From assembly GCA_963842525.1 (NCBI GenBank), contig CAWJGT010000024.1, positions 96,001 through 160,000 on the forward strand: 64,000 nt of DNA, given 5' to 3'. The position numbers were made by a program, and so were the translations under genes. Numbering within the stretch: position 1 is the first letter of the stretch; every line of letters begins with the position of its first letter. The notes under the pieces are model-generated. The model made no database searches and was not told where the DNA came from. It was given only the letters and a program-made list of their open reading frames with translations. Positions 1 to 12,309 of the stretch are shown in pieces. The stretch is from an uncultured Holophagales bacterium (lineage in GTDB: Bacteria; Acidobacteriota; Thermoanaerobaculia; Multivoradales; UBA5704).

Positions 1-1282
1 CCGCGAGGAGGTCCGCTTACTTGAAGAGATTGCCCGTCAGTACCCAGACTACGCCGCCCTCACCCAGCCACAACCGGTCACGATCGAGTCGCTGCAACGT
101 GACGTGCTGCACCCTCGAGAGCTATTGGTTGAATATTTTTTGACGCCCAATCGGGTGGCGATCTTTGCCATCAGCCATGACCGCTTCGTCGCGGCATCGT
201 TTCAAGCGCCGGTCGAGGCAACTCTGCTCCCCGTCCTGATGCTGCGCGACTCCATTACTCACCCCGAAGACTGGCATCCGGAGCTAGAGCACGACCTATA
301 TGGCCGACTGCTCCGGCCTATCGAGGCCCAACTTGCAGAAAAGGAGACTGTCTATGTTGCGCCTGATGGCGTTCTACACTACCTGCCCTGGGAGATCCTG
401 AGTCTTGGTGAAAAGCCAGGGTTGCTTCTCGACGCATCGTTTTCAGTGTCTTATGTCCCTTCAGCCTCCGTGCTTGAGAGCATCCGCAAGCGAAAAAAAC
501 CGCGAGACCGGTTCGATGATCTTCGACGTCCGCTACTGGTTTTCGGTGATCCTATAGTGCCGCCTGCGGGAGACCGGAGCATACCTCTCGGCTCTGGTGA
601 AGCTCTCCTGGATCTCTTGGGTGAAAAAGGGCCGTGCTCCGACCTCCTCTTCTCTCCCCTCCGTTACGCCGAGGCAGAGGCGCGGGCTCTTGCCGGGCTC
701 TACGGTTTGGACCCTGCGGGTCCGGAGGTAAACTTACGGGAGCGCGCCACCGAAGCTCGCCTCCGAGCTCTCGATCTCAAGAAATATCGCTATCTCCATT
801 TTGCTACTCATGGAATCCTCTGCGACGAGGGCGAGGAGAGTTGGCTTCAGTCTTCCCTCCTCTTCTCGCTGTCCCGGACCGGAGTGCTGGACCGGTCTCC
901 GGACGACGACGGCGTCCTCCAAGTCGAAGAGATCTTCGGCCTCTCGCTCGACGCTGACCTAGTGACCTTGTCGGCCTGCCAGACAGGCCTGGGTTCCGAT
1001 GTCGCCGGGGAAGGACTCGTTGGGCTTGCGCGGTCCTTTCTTTATGCTGGTACCCCCTCGGTGCTGGTGAGCCTCTGGAGCGTGGACGATCAGTCCACTT
1101 CTCTGTTCATGAAGCACTTCTATCGCAGCTTGGAACGTGGCCTCACCAAGGGCGCTGCTTTACGCGAGACTAAACGCTGGATGCGCGATGAGTCCTACGA
1201 TGTGGATCAATACGGCAATCTGATCCGACACGACCATCCCTTCTTCTGGGCGCCGTTCATTCTGATCGGGGATCAGGATTGA
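1..1282 (+). CDS. CHAT domain (caspase-like) protease, 5' partial
   Basis: Frame is open from the window edge (REEVRLLEEIARQYPDYAAL...). Motifs PDGVLHYLPWE, HFATHG (catalytic His), LVTLSACQTG (catalytic Cys), SLWSVDD and HPFFWAPF are CHAT hallmarks. Confidence 0.93.
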   Translation, partial: REEVRLLEEIARQYPDYAALTQPQPVTIESLQRDVLHPRELLVEYFLTPNRVAIFAISHDRFVAASFQAPVEATLLPVLMLRDSITHPEDWHPELEHDLYGRLLRPIEAQLAEKETVYVAPDGVLHYLPWEILSLGEKPGLLLDASFSVSYVPSASVLESIRKRKKPRDRFDDLRRPLLVFGDPIVPPAGDRSIPLGSGEALLDLLGEKGPCSDLLFSPLRYAEAEARALAGLYGLDPAGPEVNLRERATEARLRALDLKKYRYLHFATHGILCDEGEESWLQSSLLFSLSRTGVLDRSPDDDGVLQVEEIFGLSLDADLVTLSACQTGLGSDVAGEGLVGLARSFLYAGTPSVLVSLWSVDDQSTSLFMKHFYRSLERGLTKGAALRETKRWMRDESYDVDQYGNLIRHDHPFFWAPFILIGDQD

Positions 1283-1304
1283 GCGCGAGAGGAGGCTCTT
1301 TCCG

Positions 1305-2552
1305 ATGCGCTACTTAAGCCTGGTCAGCCCTCTGTTCTTGAGCCTGAACCTTCTTGTGCTTACGGAGCCGGCACCCACCTTGGCGGAGATCGAGGAGCTA
1401 CGCTTTGCCCCTCCGATTCCGCAGCCGGGCTCTATGCTAAGCCTTCGGATCGCCCTGCGACCCAGGGCCGGAGGGGTCTCGCCCCTTGTCGAGGTCCGGT
1501 TGGTCACCTGGACGGATCTCGACAACGACTGTACTTACGGCTCTCCAGGTGAACGGCAGTCCCAGGCGCCCCTGACCATACGAGACAACGAGACAGGCGA
1601 TCGGGAACCAGCGCCGAACGAGATCCTGATCGATATACAAAAGGTGCCCGCGGTCCGACCGCCGAACAAGTATACTGGCATCGTGAGCACTGGGTCGCAC
1701 TCCAGATCAACCTCAATCGTTCTGCCTTCTGCGGCCGGCTCCGGCTGCTCCCCCGGCCGAGGCTCCGCCCTGACGAAGCTGGCAGGCCCTGCACGGGTCT
1801 CCTTGGCGGCTCTACAAAAGCTGGGCGGGCTCAGGAGCATCTTCGCCAAGAGGAGTCCGGGGGATGTGGAAGGGGAACACAATCTCTACATCTGTGACCT
1901 GCGGACCAAGCGACTTTCGAAGGTTGCGGGAGCGACGACCGGCGTGCTGGCGGAGCCGAGTTGGTCACCAGACGGCGGTCGCCTTGCCATGACCCTCGAT
2001 CAGGGAGGAGAGCGGGTTCTCATCCAAGTTCCTCGCGGTGGTGGCCAGGCCGTCCGCCTGACCGGAGGACCGGACGACCGGCAGCCCCACTGGCTGCCGG
2101 ACGGCCGACGTCTCCTCTTTCTCCGTGGCTCTCGGCTCTACGTCATCGACACGGCCGACGGGAAGATGATTCCGCTGGCCGTGAGTTCCCGGGTAGACCG
2201 GGTGCTGGCGGTCACTGCCGAGAAGGATGGTGGTTTTGCGATCGTCTACGAGGCTCCGGACCCGGAGATCCCCATCGACCCGACGCAGGACTTCTTCCTT
2301 TTACAGCTGTCAGCACAATTGGAGCCCCGGGGAGAAGCCCTGCACCTGGCCCATGGTCCGGCTTGGCTCCTACTGGGACAGATCTCCCCCGTGGGCGACC
2401 GTATCGCCCTCATCAGGCGTAATCAGCTTTATCTCGCCTCGCTTCCAGAAGGCGAGACAACCCTCCTCACCGACGATAGCTACATTTATAAGGACCCCGT
2501 CTGGTCGCCGGATGGAATGTCGATCGCTGTTCTTTCCAGTCGTCCAGAATGA
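1305..2552 (+). CDS. secreted protein with C-terminal TolB/PD40-like beta-propeller
   Basis: N-terminal signal peptide; PD40-like repeats PSWSPDG, PHWLPDG, ISPVGD, PVWSPDG. Confidence 0.75.
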   Translation: MRYLSLVSPLFLSLNLLVLTEPAPTLAEIEELRFAPPIPQPGSMLSLRIALRPRAGGVSPLVEVRLVTWTDLDNDCTYGSPGERQSQAPLTIRDNETGDREPAPNEILIDIQKVPAVRPPNKYTGIVSTGSHSRSTSIVLPSAAGSGCSPGRGSALTKLAGPARVSLAALQKLGGLRSIFAKRSPGDVEGEHNLYICDLRTKRLSKVAGATTGVLAEPSWSPDGGRLAMTLDQGGERVLIQVPRGGGQAVRLTGGPDDRQPHWLPDGRRLLFLRGSRLYVIDTADGKMIPLAVSSRVDRVLAVTAEKDGGFAIVYEAPDPEIPIDPTQDFFLLQLSAQLEPRGEALHLAHGPAWLLLGQISPVGDRIALIRRNQLYLASLPEGETTLLTDDSYIYKDPVWSPDGMSIAVLSSRPE

Positions 2553-3487
2553 GGCGTGGCGAGGCAAGGATGCGCCCGAGGAACGCAGGACCTCCAGTGA
2601 AGAACGGGGTTCTCGACCTTCTCAAGGACCTAGCGACCATCGCTGGCGCTGGCGCTGTTCTACTGACGGCTGAGGGTTTTCTCGTCCTGCGCGCTCATGC
2701 CGCTGTCCTTGGACTCTCGAGCGTGCTGCACCATTCCGTTGCGGAGTATGCCGACGAAGGGGGAGCCTTTCTGCTAACTACGCTGCTCTGGGCGATTCCT
2801 TCCCTGGCCCTCAGCTACCCGCTGTTCTGGATAGGTACTGGCCTCATGGCCTTCTTCTTCTATCTCCAACGCAAGCCCACCCTGTGGCGTCGACTCCTGG
2901 GCTGGTTAACTTTAAACAGGAGAGTGAAGGAAGCCTGGCTACAGTTCCTTCTCGTGATCGCGTCAGCTCTGCTGGCCAGCTATGCAATCGCGCGTCTCCT
3001 GCCTTCCCCACAGGCGGAGGATCTGCTGTTCGCCACCGGCAATCAGGGAGAAATCGAGCTGCGGGCGACCGAGGAGGGGATGTTGCTGCTCGAAACGGAT
3101 TACCTCGGCGGGCTGTTGACCGCACTCCTGTCCGGTATTCTCATTTTCTTTGCCTGGAAGTCTCTGTCTCCGCGCTCCGGAGGCCTCGCCACCCCTGGCC
3201 GTCTACTCCTAGTCACTCTAGTGCTCGTACAAGCCCTTCTCCTCCCTGTCCGCTACGGTCAGACGGTCTACTCCAACGCTTTCCACAGGGTCGACCGGTT
3301 GGTGGTGACGACGGAAGTACAGGCGAAGCTGCCGCAGTCAGATCAGGTTTGGCTTCTCAGCCGAAGTTCCGACCACTTCGTATTCTACTTCCGCGATTCA
3401 TACAGCGTTTCGCTAATCGGGAAGGACTCCGTTCTTGAGCTCGCTCTCGCTGAGCGGCGGAACGTCTTCGCACCGGCTGCTCCGTGA
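2549..3487 (+). CDS. multi-pass membrane protein, unknown function (alternative start 2570)
   Basis: About 5 hydrophobic segments; ATGA overlap with the upstream gene. Confidence 0.65.
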   Translation: MRRGEARMRPRNAGPPVKNGVLDLLKDLATIAGAGAVLLTAEGFLVLRAHAAVLGLSSVLHHSVAEYADEGGAFLLTTLLWAIPSLALSYPLFWIGTGLMAFFFYLQRKPTLWRRLLGWLTLNRRVKEAWLQFLLVIASALLASYAIARLLPSPQAEDLLFATGNQGEIELRATEEGMLLLETDYLGGLLTALLSGILIFFAWKSLSPRSGGLATPGRLLLVTLVLVQALLLPVRYGQTVYSNAFHRVDRLVVTTEVQAKLPQSDQVWLLSRSSDHFVFYFRDSYSVSLIGKDSVLELALAERRNVFAPAAP

Positions 3488-3554
3488 GAGCGGAACGAAT
3501 CCATAATGAGGTGGTGTTCTCGTGGGCTGCCTACAAAAGCTTAGAGTTCGTCAT

Positions 3555-3902
3555 CTACAGCAGCCGCCCCAGCGGTCCCAGGTCCAGGTTCAGGTCGTCG
3601 GGGTCGAGGTCGAACCGGCTGGCGAGCTCGCGGACGGTCTCTTCGAGGCGCATGAGGGCGAGGCCAACAGACTCGGTTTCCTCGGGGGTGAGGGTCTCGG
3701 CGTCCATGCGGCGGATCGCCTGCCGCTCCATCAGCTTGCGCAGGAACTCGACCAGGGTCAGGACCAGGCGGGCGACCGAGCGCTGGACGTCCTCGGGATC
3801 GGCATTCCAGCGCGGCGCCTCGGCCGCGGTCCGGCGCTCCAGCTCCTCGCGGAGCGCCTCCAGCTCCTCGATTTCCAGGCGGACGACGTCACGCGTGCTC
3901 AT
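3555..3902 (-). CDS. gvpK: gas vesicle protein GvpK
   Basis: LARLVLTLVEFLRKLMERQAIRRM-like core and terminal DLNLDLGPLGRLL motif. Confidence 0.93.
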   Translation of the reverse strand: MSTRDVVRLEIEELEALREELERRTAAEAPRWNADPEDVQRSVARLVLTLVEFLRKLMERQAIRRMDAETLTPEETESVGLALMRLEETVRELASRFDLDPDDLNLDLGPLGRLL

Positions 3903-4577
3903 CGGGCGAGATCCGGCGCGAAGGCGTAGGGCGGGAAGGGACCCCTGGCGGCGATGCGGAAGCCGCCGAGCCGAGGTGCGATTTCGGCGACGAGGCGGGC
4001 GTACTCTCCGGAGTCGGCACGGCCGATCAGGTCGTAGGCGAACCCCACGAGAACGCCATGCCCAAGGGACCGCTCGACCCGCTCGGCCCGGAGCAGCGGC
4101 CGGAGAGCCTCCCGCAAGGGCGCGATCTCGGGCAGGGAGAGGGCCCTGCGGCGTTCTTCGAGGTAGCGGGTTCCCGCGCCCGCAGATCCGGCAGCCCTTT
4201 GTGTCCTTTCCATCCTTTCAGCCGCCTCGCCGAACACCTGCAAGGTCATCTGCACGCACCCTTCCACCCGGGCGAGGGCCTTCACGAAGCCCTTCTCCCG
4301 GTCGGCCAGCCAGGACACCAGGGAGCGTTCGTCCGGCAGCGACTGGCCGAAGCGGACAGGGAGGATGGCGGAGACGAGCTTCGCCATCCGGCGGACCGTG
4401 ACATCGTGAGCGGAGAGCGCATCGGCGCTCACCTCAGGCAGGACGGAGAGCTTCTCCCACGACTGCCAGCACCTCGCCCCCGCGCATCAGCCGCAAGGGC
4501 TCTCCGGCGAGCCCGGCGCCGAGGTCACTTTCCGGTTCGGTCCCGATCAGCGCATACAGATAGATCAGGTCGGTCAC
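3899..4577 (-). CDS. GvpL/GvpF family protein (one frameshift near 4480)
   Basis: GTG at 4577 gives MTDLIYLYAL; downstream frame has AHDVTV...ILPVRFG and GPFPPYAF. Span is 679 nt, so one indel is present. Confidence 0.82.
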
Positions 4578-4780
4578 TGCTCCGGCTCCCGCGGCAGCAC
4601 GCGGTCCGCCGCGCAGAGGATGGCCGAGAGGCGGAGATAGATGAGGTCCACTCCGGCCAGGCCCAGGATCACCTCGCCGTGCACGACCACCCCCTGGTTG
4701 AGCAGGTTGTCGACGAGGTCGAGCAGCGAGCCGTCCGCTCCGTCGACAATCTCGACGAGGTCGCCGCCGGGGCGTGTCAT
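4574..4780 (-). CDS. GvpA-family accessory protein (GvpM/GvpS/GvpJ-like)
   Basis: SLLDLVDNLLNQGVVVHGEVILGLAGVDLIYLRLSAIL; 68 aa; 4-nt overlaps on both sides. Confidence 0.88.
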   Translation of the reverse strand: MTRPGGDLVEIVDGADGSLLDLVDNLLNQGVVVHGEVILGLAGVDLIYLRLSAILCAADRVLPREPEQ

Positions 4781-5568
4781 GCGGGCTCTCCGACGAAGTT
4801 GTAGGGAGGCCAGGGTCCCGTGAGGGTGACCTCGCAGGCCCGGCCGGCGAGCTCGTCGGACCAGCGCTGGACCGCTGCCTCGAACGCCTCGGACCCTTCC
4901 CTGGGCACCAGGAAGGCGGCGTCGAGCAGCAGCCGCGACGTCGCTTCCCCGGGTGGCTCGCGCCGCCGCGCCTCGGCTGCGCCTTCCGCCAACTCCTCGA
5001 AGGCGCGCTCCACCTCGGCGCGCACCCGGGCCGCCAGGGTACGTACGCCTTCCTGCTCGGCCTTCTTGCGCTGGAGGAAGCCGGTGCCCGTGGCGGCAGG
5101 GCTCTCCTGCGCCGCCGTCTCGGTTGCAGCGCGCCGGGCCCGCGCCTCGTCGAAGAGGATGCGGACCCCCCACTCCACGCGGCCGGCGATCCGTTCCAGG
5201 ATGCGCTCGATCTCCGGCCGCCGTTGCCGCAGGTCGGCGAGCGCCCGCTCCTCGCCGGTGAACAGGGTGAAGAGCTTCATGGGGAGGACCGTGCCGTGCG
5301 CCGCGCAGTGCTCCACCACCTGCTCGTGGGCCATGGCGCGGTCCGAGACCCAGGAGAGGTCCGAGAGGCGCTGCTCGATCTCCTCGCTCCCGTACTCCGG
5401 CAGCGGGGCGTCGGCCATCACCACCCAGAGCCCAGCTTCGACGCCGTCGAGAGGCCGGGCGCGCGGCGGCGAGGTGCCCGGCAGACCGGCCGGCTCTCCG
5501 GACGAACCGGAGAGCGGCGGCTCTCCCGGGCTCTGCACGACGCAATAGACATACGTTGCGGAGCTCAT
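4777..5568 (-). CDS. GvpL/GvpF family protein
   Basis: TYVYCVV start, AHEQVV...VLPMKLFTLF, RVEWGVR, GTGFLQRKK, LTGPWPPYNF. Confidence 0.92.
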   Translation of the reverse strand: MSSATYVYCVVQSPGEPPLSGSSGEPAGLPGTSPPRARPLDGVEAGLWVVMADAPLPEYGSEEIEQRLSDLSWVSDRAMAHEQVVEHCAAHGTVLPMKLFTLFTGEERALADLRQRRPEIERILERIAGRVEWGVRILFDEARARRAATETAAQESPAATGTGFLQRKKAEQEGVRTLAARVRAEVERAFEELAEGAAEARRREPPGEATSRLLLDAAFLVPREGSEAFEAAVQRWSDELAGRACEVTLTGPWPPYNFVGEPA

Positions 5569-7550
5569 TCCGATCTCTTCTTCCAGGTGCGGGCCCACTC
5601 GGCCAGGCCGCCGGCCCCGCGGGGCGGCGGGAACACGGCAGGAGCGAGGATGATATCGCACCGGTTGCTCTTCCCCTCGCGTTGACAGTCCTTCTCCAGC
5701 CACTGGATGTGCCGCTCTTCCGACTCCCTGGCGCGCCGGCAGACGGAGCACCCCGGCGGCGTGACGGCATCGATGATCACCGACGGGAGCCGAGAGGCCC
5801 AGTCCCTCCACGGCTTCGAGCAGGCGGACGGTCTCCCGGCGGGGGAGCTGGCCGCTCGGGTCACCGTGATGAACCTGGTCTGGTCCGGATCGCGCAGCAC
5901 CTCGCCGAGCTGCCGCAGCCTCTTGGACAGCTCCAGCAGCTCGGTGGCCAGGCGGCCCAGGCCCAGGGCCTCCCGGTATTTGAGGAGCAGCGAGAGCAGG
6001 GTGTGCACCCACTCCATCATCAGCTCCGGCATCTCGAGGAGCTGCAGGGCGTGTCCGGTCGGAGCGGTGTCCACGACGATCAGGTCGTAGGGAGGGCGGT
6101 CCGCGGTCCCGAAAAGGGCGTCGATCAGGGCGGAGACGGCGGACATCTCGGCCAGCCCGGGCGGAGCGAGCTGGAGGATCTCCCGGAAATCTTCGGCCTC
6201 CACGCCGGAGCCCGCCTCGGCAAGACTGCCGATCTCCTCCGCGAGGGCCGGCCCATGGCGCCAATACCGCTGGCGCCACTCCTCGAAGGTCCGCGCCGGG
6301 TCCAGCTCGCGGACCCGCAGCCCCGGCGGACCCTGGGGGACCGGCCGTTCGTCGTCCCCCAGGGGGATCTCCAGGAGGTCGGCCAGCGAGTGCGCCGGAT
6401 CGGTGGAGAGAAGCAGCATCCGGCTCGCGGGCCGGCGAGCGGACAAGGCGAGGGTCGCGGCCGTGGCACATGTGGTCTTGCCGACCCCACCTTTGCCGCC
6501 GAAGAAGAGGAGCCGCGGGCTCGGGGGCAGGATCGCGTTGAGGCCCGCGGGCTGCCCCTGGGATCGTCTCTTCCGCCGTCCATGCGCGCGAGAATCCTTC
6601 AGCTCCGGCCCTTCGTCCATCGCCCGTCCGCCCCTCGCCAGCTCCCGTGCGATCTCCCGCAAGGCCGGGAGCCGGCGGGGCTCCTCTTCGCGAGCGCCCA
6701 GGAAGTGGATCACCCAGCCGGGGAAATACCCCTGCAGCTCTTCGATCACCTCCCTTTCGGCGCGGCGCTTGGCTTCGCAGAGAAGGCAGGGCGCGTCCGG
6801 CGGCGGAGTGACCCGGTTGACGATCAGCTCGCGCACGGGGAGCCCGGCCTCCTCCAGCGTCCCCACGCCGTCCCGGGTCTCGGCGAGGGCCAGCGCCTCG
6901 GGCAGCAGGACCCAGCGGATGCGGGCGCGCGCCGGATCGCGCAGGATCGTCTGGATGTCCGCCGCCTGTCCGGAGATCTCCTCGATCAGCGCGTCGGCGC
7001 CGTCGGGCACGTGGCCGCGGCCGAAGCGGTCGGCGAGGAGGCGGTGCTTGGACTGGAAACGGTCGAGGGCTCCGGCGAAACGGCGCAGCTCGCCGGGCAT
7101 CGCGAGAAGGCGCACGGTGTGGGCCGTCGGCGCCGTGTCCACCACTACCTCTTCGCAGGCGGACTCGCGGGCCAGCCGCAGCAGCTCGATCAGGCTGATC
7201 AGCTCGTCGACGCCGGGGAGGGAGAGGTCCAGGATCCGCTCGACGTCCTCGTGGTCCAGGAACGTGCCCCGTTCCACGAGCTGCTCGAGATTGGAGCGGC
7301 GCGCGCCGAGCCAGCGCTCGAGGGCCTGGCCGGCGTCGAGCTCGGCCGCCAGCAGCTCGCCGCTGCGCGTCTCCACCCGGGAAGGCTCGGCGCCCAGGCG
7401 CGTCCCGAGGGCGTCGCCCAGCGAATGGGCTGGATCGGTGGAAACCACCAGCACGCGCGTGCCCGCCTCGGCGAGGCCCACGGCCACGGCGGCGGCGCAG
7501 GTCGTCTTGCCCACGCCCCCCTTGCCGGCGAAGAGCTGGAAGCTGGCTAC
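5565..7550 (-). CDS. tandem ArsA/Get3-family ATPase (start uncertain; compensated indel pair near 5785-5850)
   Basis: Two GKGGVGKTT deviant Walker A motifs, two STDPAHSL, DTAPTAH and DTAPTGH, and CxxC (CLLC, CSVC) in each half. Confidence 0.9.
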   Translation of the reverse strand, partial: VASFQLFAGKGGVGKTTCAAAVAVGLAEAGTRVLVVSTDPAHSLGDALGTRLGAEPSRVETRSGELLAAELDAGQALERWLGARRSNLEQLVERGTFLDHEDVERILDLSLPGVDELISLIELLRLARESACEEVVVDTAPTAHTVRLLAMPGELRRFAGALDRFQSKHRLLADRFGRGHVPDGADALIEEISGQAADIQTILRDPARARIRWVLLPEALALAETRDGVGTLEEAGLPVRELIVNRVTPPPDAPCLLCEAKRRAEREVIEELQGYFPGWVIHFLGAREEEPRRLPALREIARELARGGRAMDEGPELKDSRAHGRRKRRSQGQPAGLNAILPPSPRLLFFGGKGGVGKTTCATAATLALSARRPASRMLLLSTDPAHSLADLLEIPLGDDERPVPQGPPGLRVRELDPARTFEEWRQRYWRHGPALAEEIGSLAEAGSGVEAEDFREILQLAPPGLAEMSAVSALIDALFGTADRPPYDLIVVDTAPTGHALQLLEMPELMMEWVHTLLSLLLKYREALGLGRLATELLELSKRLRQLGEVLRDPDQTRFITVTRAASSPAGRPSACSKPWRDWASRLPSVIIDAVTPPGCSVCRRARESEERHIQWLEKDCQREGKSNRCDIILAPAVFPPPRGAGGLAEWARTWKKRSE

Positions 7551-7837
7551 TCGTCCCCCCCGAACGTCACATCGACCCCCATCCGGCCCGCGTCAAACTC
7601 CATGGCGCCGGCCGGACCCTCCCGCTCCTCGCGGATCTCGCGCAGGCGCGCCAGGATGTCCGCCTCCAGGCCGGCGAATTCTTCCTCGTCCATCTCGCCC
7701 AGCTCGAGCTGCATCTGGGCGGCGAGCAGATCCTGCCGCAGGGAGGACTCGTCGTTCATCTCCTGGTCGACCGCGGTCGCGACCTTGTCGAGCACGAACC
7801 GGAGACCACCGATGAAGAGACTGTCCAGGATGATCAT
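7547..7837 (-). CDS. gvpG: gas vesicle protein GvpG
   Basis: 96 aa; GGLRFVLDKVATAVDQE...LELGEMDEEEF...ILARL pattern, inside the gvp operon. Confidence 0.85.
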   Translation of the reverse strand: MIILDSLFIGGLRFVLDKVATAVDQEMNDESSLRQDLLAAQMQLELGEMDEEEFAGLEADILARLREIREEREGPAGAMEFDAGRMGVDVTFGGDE

Positions 7838-8838
7838 TCGGACTCCTTGGCGCGTTCGAGCTTCAGGCGGATGTTGACGAAATTGTAGGGCGGCCAGGGC
7901 CCGGTGTACTTGAACTTGAGGCTCTCGTAGTGCGCGTCGATCTCCTTCACCTTGGTGTCGAAATCGAGCTCCCGCTCGCGGGGTACGAGGAACGCGGCGT
8001 TCAGGATCATCTTGTCGCCGATGACCTTGTTGGCGCGCGACGCCACGGAGACGGCGCCCAGGGCGTTGAAGATGCCGGCGGCGAGCTGCTCGGAGCGCTC
8101 CTGGAGCAGCGAGTCCACCAGCCGCCCGTACTGCATGCGGGCGAAATAGGTCGACCCCTTCTGGGAGGAGATCTCCTGCCGCAGGAGGCGCAGGTTCTCG
8201 TTCTCCTTTTCGATCTCCCGGATGACGATGTCGGGCTCCCACAGCACCTTGAGGCCGAATTCCACCTTGCCCCTCATCTTGATCAGCACGTCGCGGAAGG
8301 CGTCGTAGGCAGTGCGCAATAGCTCGATGATGTCCTCGGAGGTCTTGAACACCGTGCTGAACGACATCGGGATCACGGTGTAGTCGCGCATGACCACCTC
8401 GTTGACCCGCTCGTGCGCCAGAACGTTCTCCCGCGTCGGGTCGTAGACCTCGAGAGGGGTGTCCGAGACGACCGCGGCGATGTCGTGGAAGTTGACGGTA
8501 TGGACGTCCGCCGGCTCGCTGCCGATGCCGATCGGGCCGAAATGGAGCGATGCGTCCGCCTCGATGATGCAGTAGACGTACTTGCCGCTGCGTCCACTGG
8601 CAGCCGCGCTCGTGTAGGCCGCGTCGTCCAGGTCGTTCAGGTGTGCGAAAGGCATCAGGGGCTCGGCTGGAGCGGGAGGGGAGAGGACGGCCGGCTCGAT
8701 GGCGGGGGCCTCCGCCGGTGCGGCGGTCCTGGTCCGTGCCCTCTCGGCAGTCCCCGCGGTGTCCCGGGCAGGACGAGCAGGGCGCGCCGGGCGGGCCGCC
8801 GGCTTTGCGGTGCGGGTGGGCTTCTTTCGTTCGGGCAT
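7834..8838 (-). CDS. gvpF: GvpF/GvpL family protein with Pro/Ala-rich N-terminal extension
   Basis: GKYVYCII, AHERVNE, VIPMSFSTVF, GKVEFGLK, ILNAAFLV, YTGPWPPYNF. Confidence 0.9.
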   Translation of the reverse strand: MPERKKPTRTAKPAARPARPARPARDTAGTAERARTRTAAPAEAPAIEPAVLSPPAPAEPLMPFAHLNDLDDAAYTSAAASGRSGKYVYCIIEADASLHFGPIGIGSEPADVHTVNFHDIAAVVSDTPLEVYDPTRENVLAHERVNEVVMRDYTVIPMSFSTVFKTSEDIIELLRTAYDAFRDVLIKMRGKVEFGLKVLWEPDIVIREIEKENENLRLLRQEISSQKGSTYFARMQYGRLVDSLLQERSEQLAAGIFNALGAVSVASRANKVIGDKMILNAAFLVPRERELDFDTKVKEIDAHYESLKFKYTGPWPPYNFVNIRLKLERAKESE

Positions 8839-8847
8839 CCGCGTCTC

Positions 8848-9254
8848 CTAGTCTCCGGAAGCTCTCGGGCTCCTCTCGAGCTGGCGCCGGACCTCCTGCT
8901 CCAGGTCCCTGGGGAGGACGGGCTTGGTCACCACCGAATCGCAGCCGGCCTCGCGCGCCCGGTCGTGGGTGCTGGCGAGCGCGTGCGCCGTCAAAGCGAT
9001 GACCGGAATCAGGCGGGTCCGCTCGTCCTGCTTCAAGCGGCGCGTGGCCTCCCAGCCGTCCAGCTTCGGCAGCGAGAGGTCCATCAGGATGATGTCGGGG
9101 AGCAGCTCGAACGCCTTGGCCAGGGCCTCCAGGCCGTCGGCCGCCGTGGCGACCCGGAAGCCGCGGAACTCCAGGTACTCGGCGCAGATCTCGCGCCCGT
9201 CGTCGACGTCGTCGACGATGAGGACGAGCGGCGGCTCCAAGGGTGCGGCTCCGT

Positions 9255-9258
<4 letters not shown>
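8848..9258 (-). CDS. single-domain response regulator (CheY/DivK-like)
   Basis: VLIVDD, ILMDLSLPKLDGWEA, IALTAHA, VTKP; 136 aa. Confidence 0.92.
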
Positions 9259-11422
<2,164 letters not shown>

Positions 11423-11425
11423 AGA

Positions 11426-11797
11426 TTACGTCTTCGGCGTCTTCGGCGTCTGCCGAGCCCTGCGCGGTGCCGCGACCTCCTGGCGTGCCGTGGTGGTCGC
11501 GAGCTCGCGCGCCGTGGAGGCGGCGAGCTGGGCCCGCAACGACGCGTTCTCCGCCAGCAGGTCCTCGGAGGTCCGGGCCTCGATCGCAGGGCGCGAGACC
11601 GTCGGCACCTGGCCGACCGCCTCCGAGTACTTGATGTAGGTGTCGATGGATGCCACCACGATGCGGGCCTCGACGGTGAGCAGGTCGATGCCCACCAGAG
11701 AGACCCGGACCCAGGCATCGATGACGATGCCCTTGTCCAGGACGCGGTCCAGGACATCGATCAGACTGGTGCCACCGGAAGCTCGTTCAACCGGCAT
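11426..11797 (-). CDS. gvpA: gas vesicle structural protein GvpA with C-terminal extension
   Basis: [52 protein letters not shown]. Confidence 0.95.
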   Translation of the reverse strand: MPVERASGGTSLIDVLDRVLDKGIVIDAWVRVSLVGIDLLTVEARIVVASIDTYIKYSEAVGQVPTVSRPAIEARTSEDLLAENASLRAQLAASTARELATTTARQEVAAPRRARQTPKTPKT

Positions 11798-12173
11798 TTC
11801 TGTCTACCCCCTGGTCTTCTGACGTTCGGTCTGCTCTGCGGACCGCGCTGATCCGGCGCGCCGGCCCGGGCGAGCGGACTGCATCTCGAGCGCAGCTCAC
11901 CTTCTCCTCGAGGAGGCGGACCTGCTCACGCAACGTGTCGTTCTCGAGCGCCAGCCGGCGGGCGCCCACGGAGAGGTTGGGGTCGTGCCGCCACCAGTCC
12001 AGGCCGATCTGCTCCGCCTTGTCGATGGAGCAGACCAGCAGCCGGATCCGGATCGTGAGGAGCTCGACCTCCGCCAGGGACACACGGATGTCCCCGGCCA
12101 CGACGAGCCCCTTGTCGAGCACGCGGTCGAGCACGTCGACGAGACCCGTAGAGCGGCGGTAGGTCGGTTCCAT
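11787..12173 (-). CDS. gvpJ: gas vesicle protein GvpJ-like
   Basis: [51 protein letters not shown]. Confidence 0.88.
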   Translation of the reverse strand: MEPTYRRSTGLVDVLDRVLDKGLVVAGDIRVSLAEVELLTIRIRLLVCSIDKAEQIGLDWWRHDPNLSVGARRLALENDTLREQVRLLEEKVSCARDAVRSPGPARRISAVRRADRTSEDQGVDRNAG

Positions 12174-12309
12174 GGTGGATGCGGATCTCGGCTCGTACAG
12201 TCACTACTCGGGCGATCAGCGATGTCAGCTAAGGGCCTTCACTCTAGCCAACATCCGTTCACGACGCAATGCATCAGGAGGGCGTGCAATCCCCCTGCCA
12301 TGCGAGCCC

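Noticed and set aside
5565-7550. Arsenic-resistance operon
   Set aside because: No arsR/B/C/D or acr3 nearby; the gene is coupled within the gvp operon.
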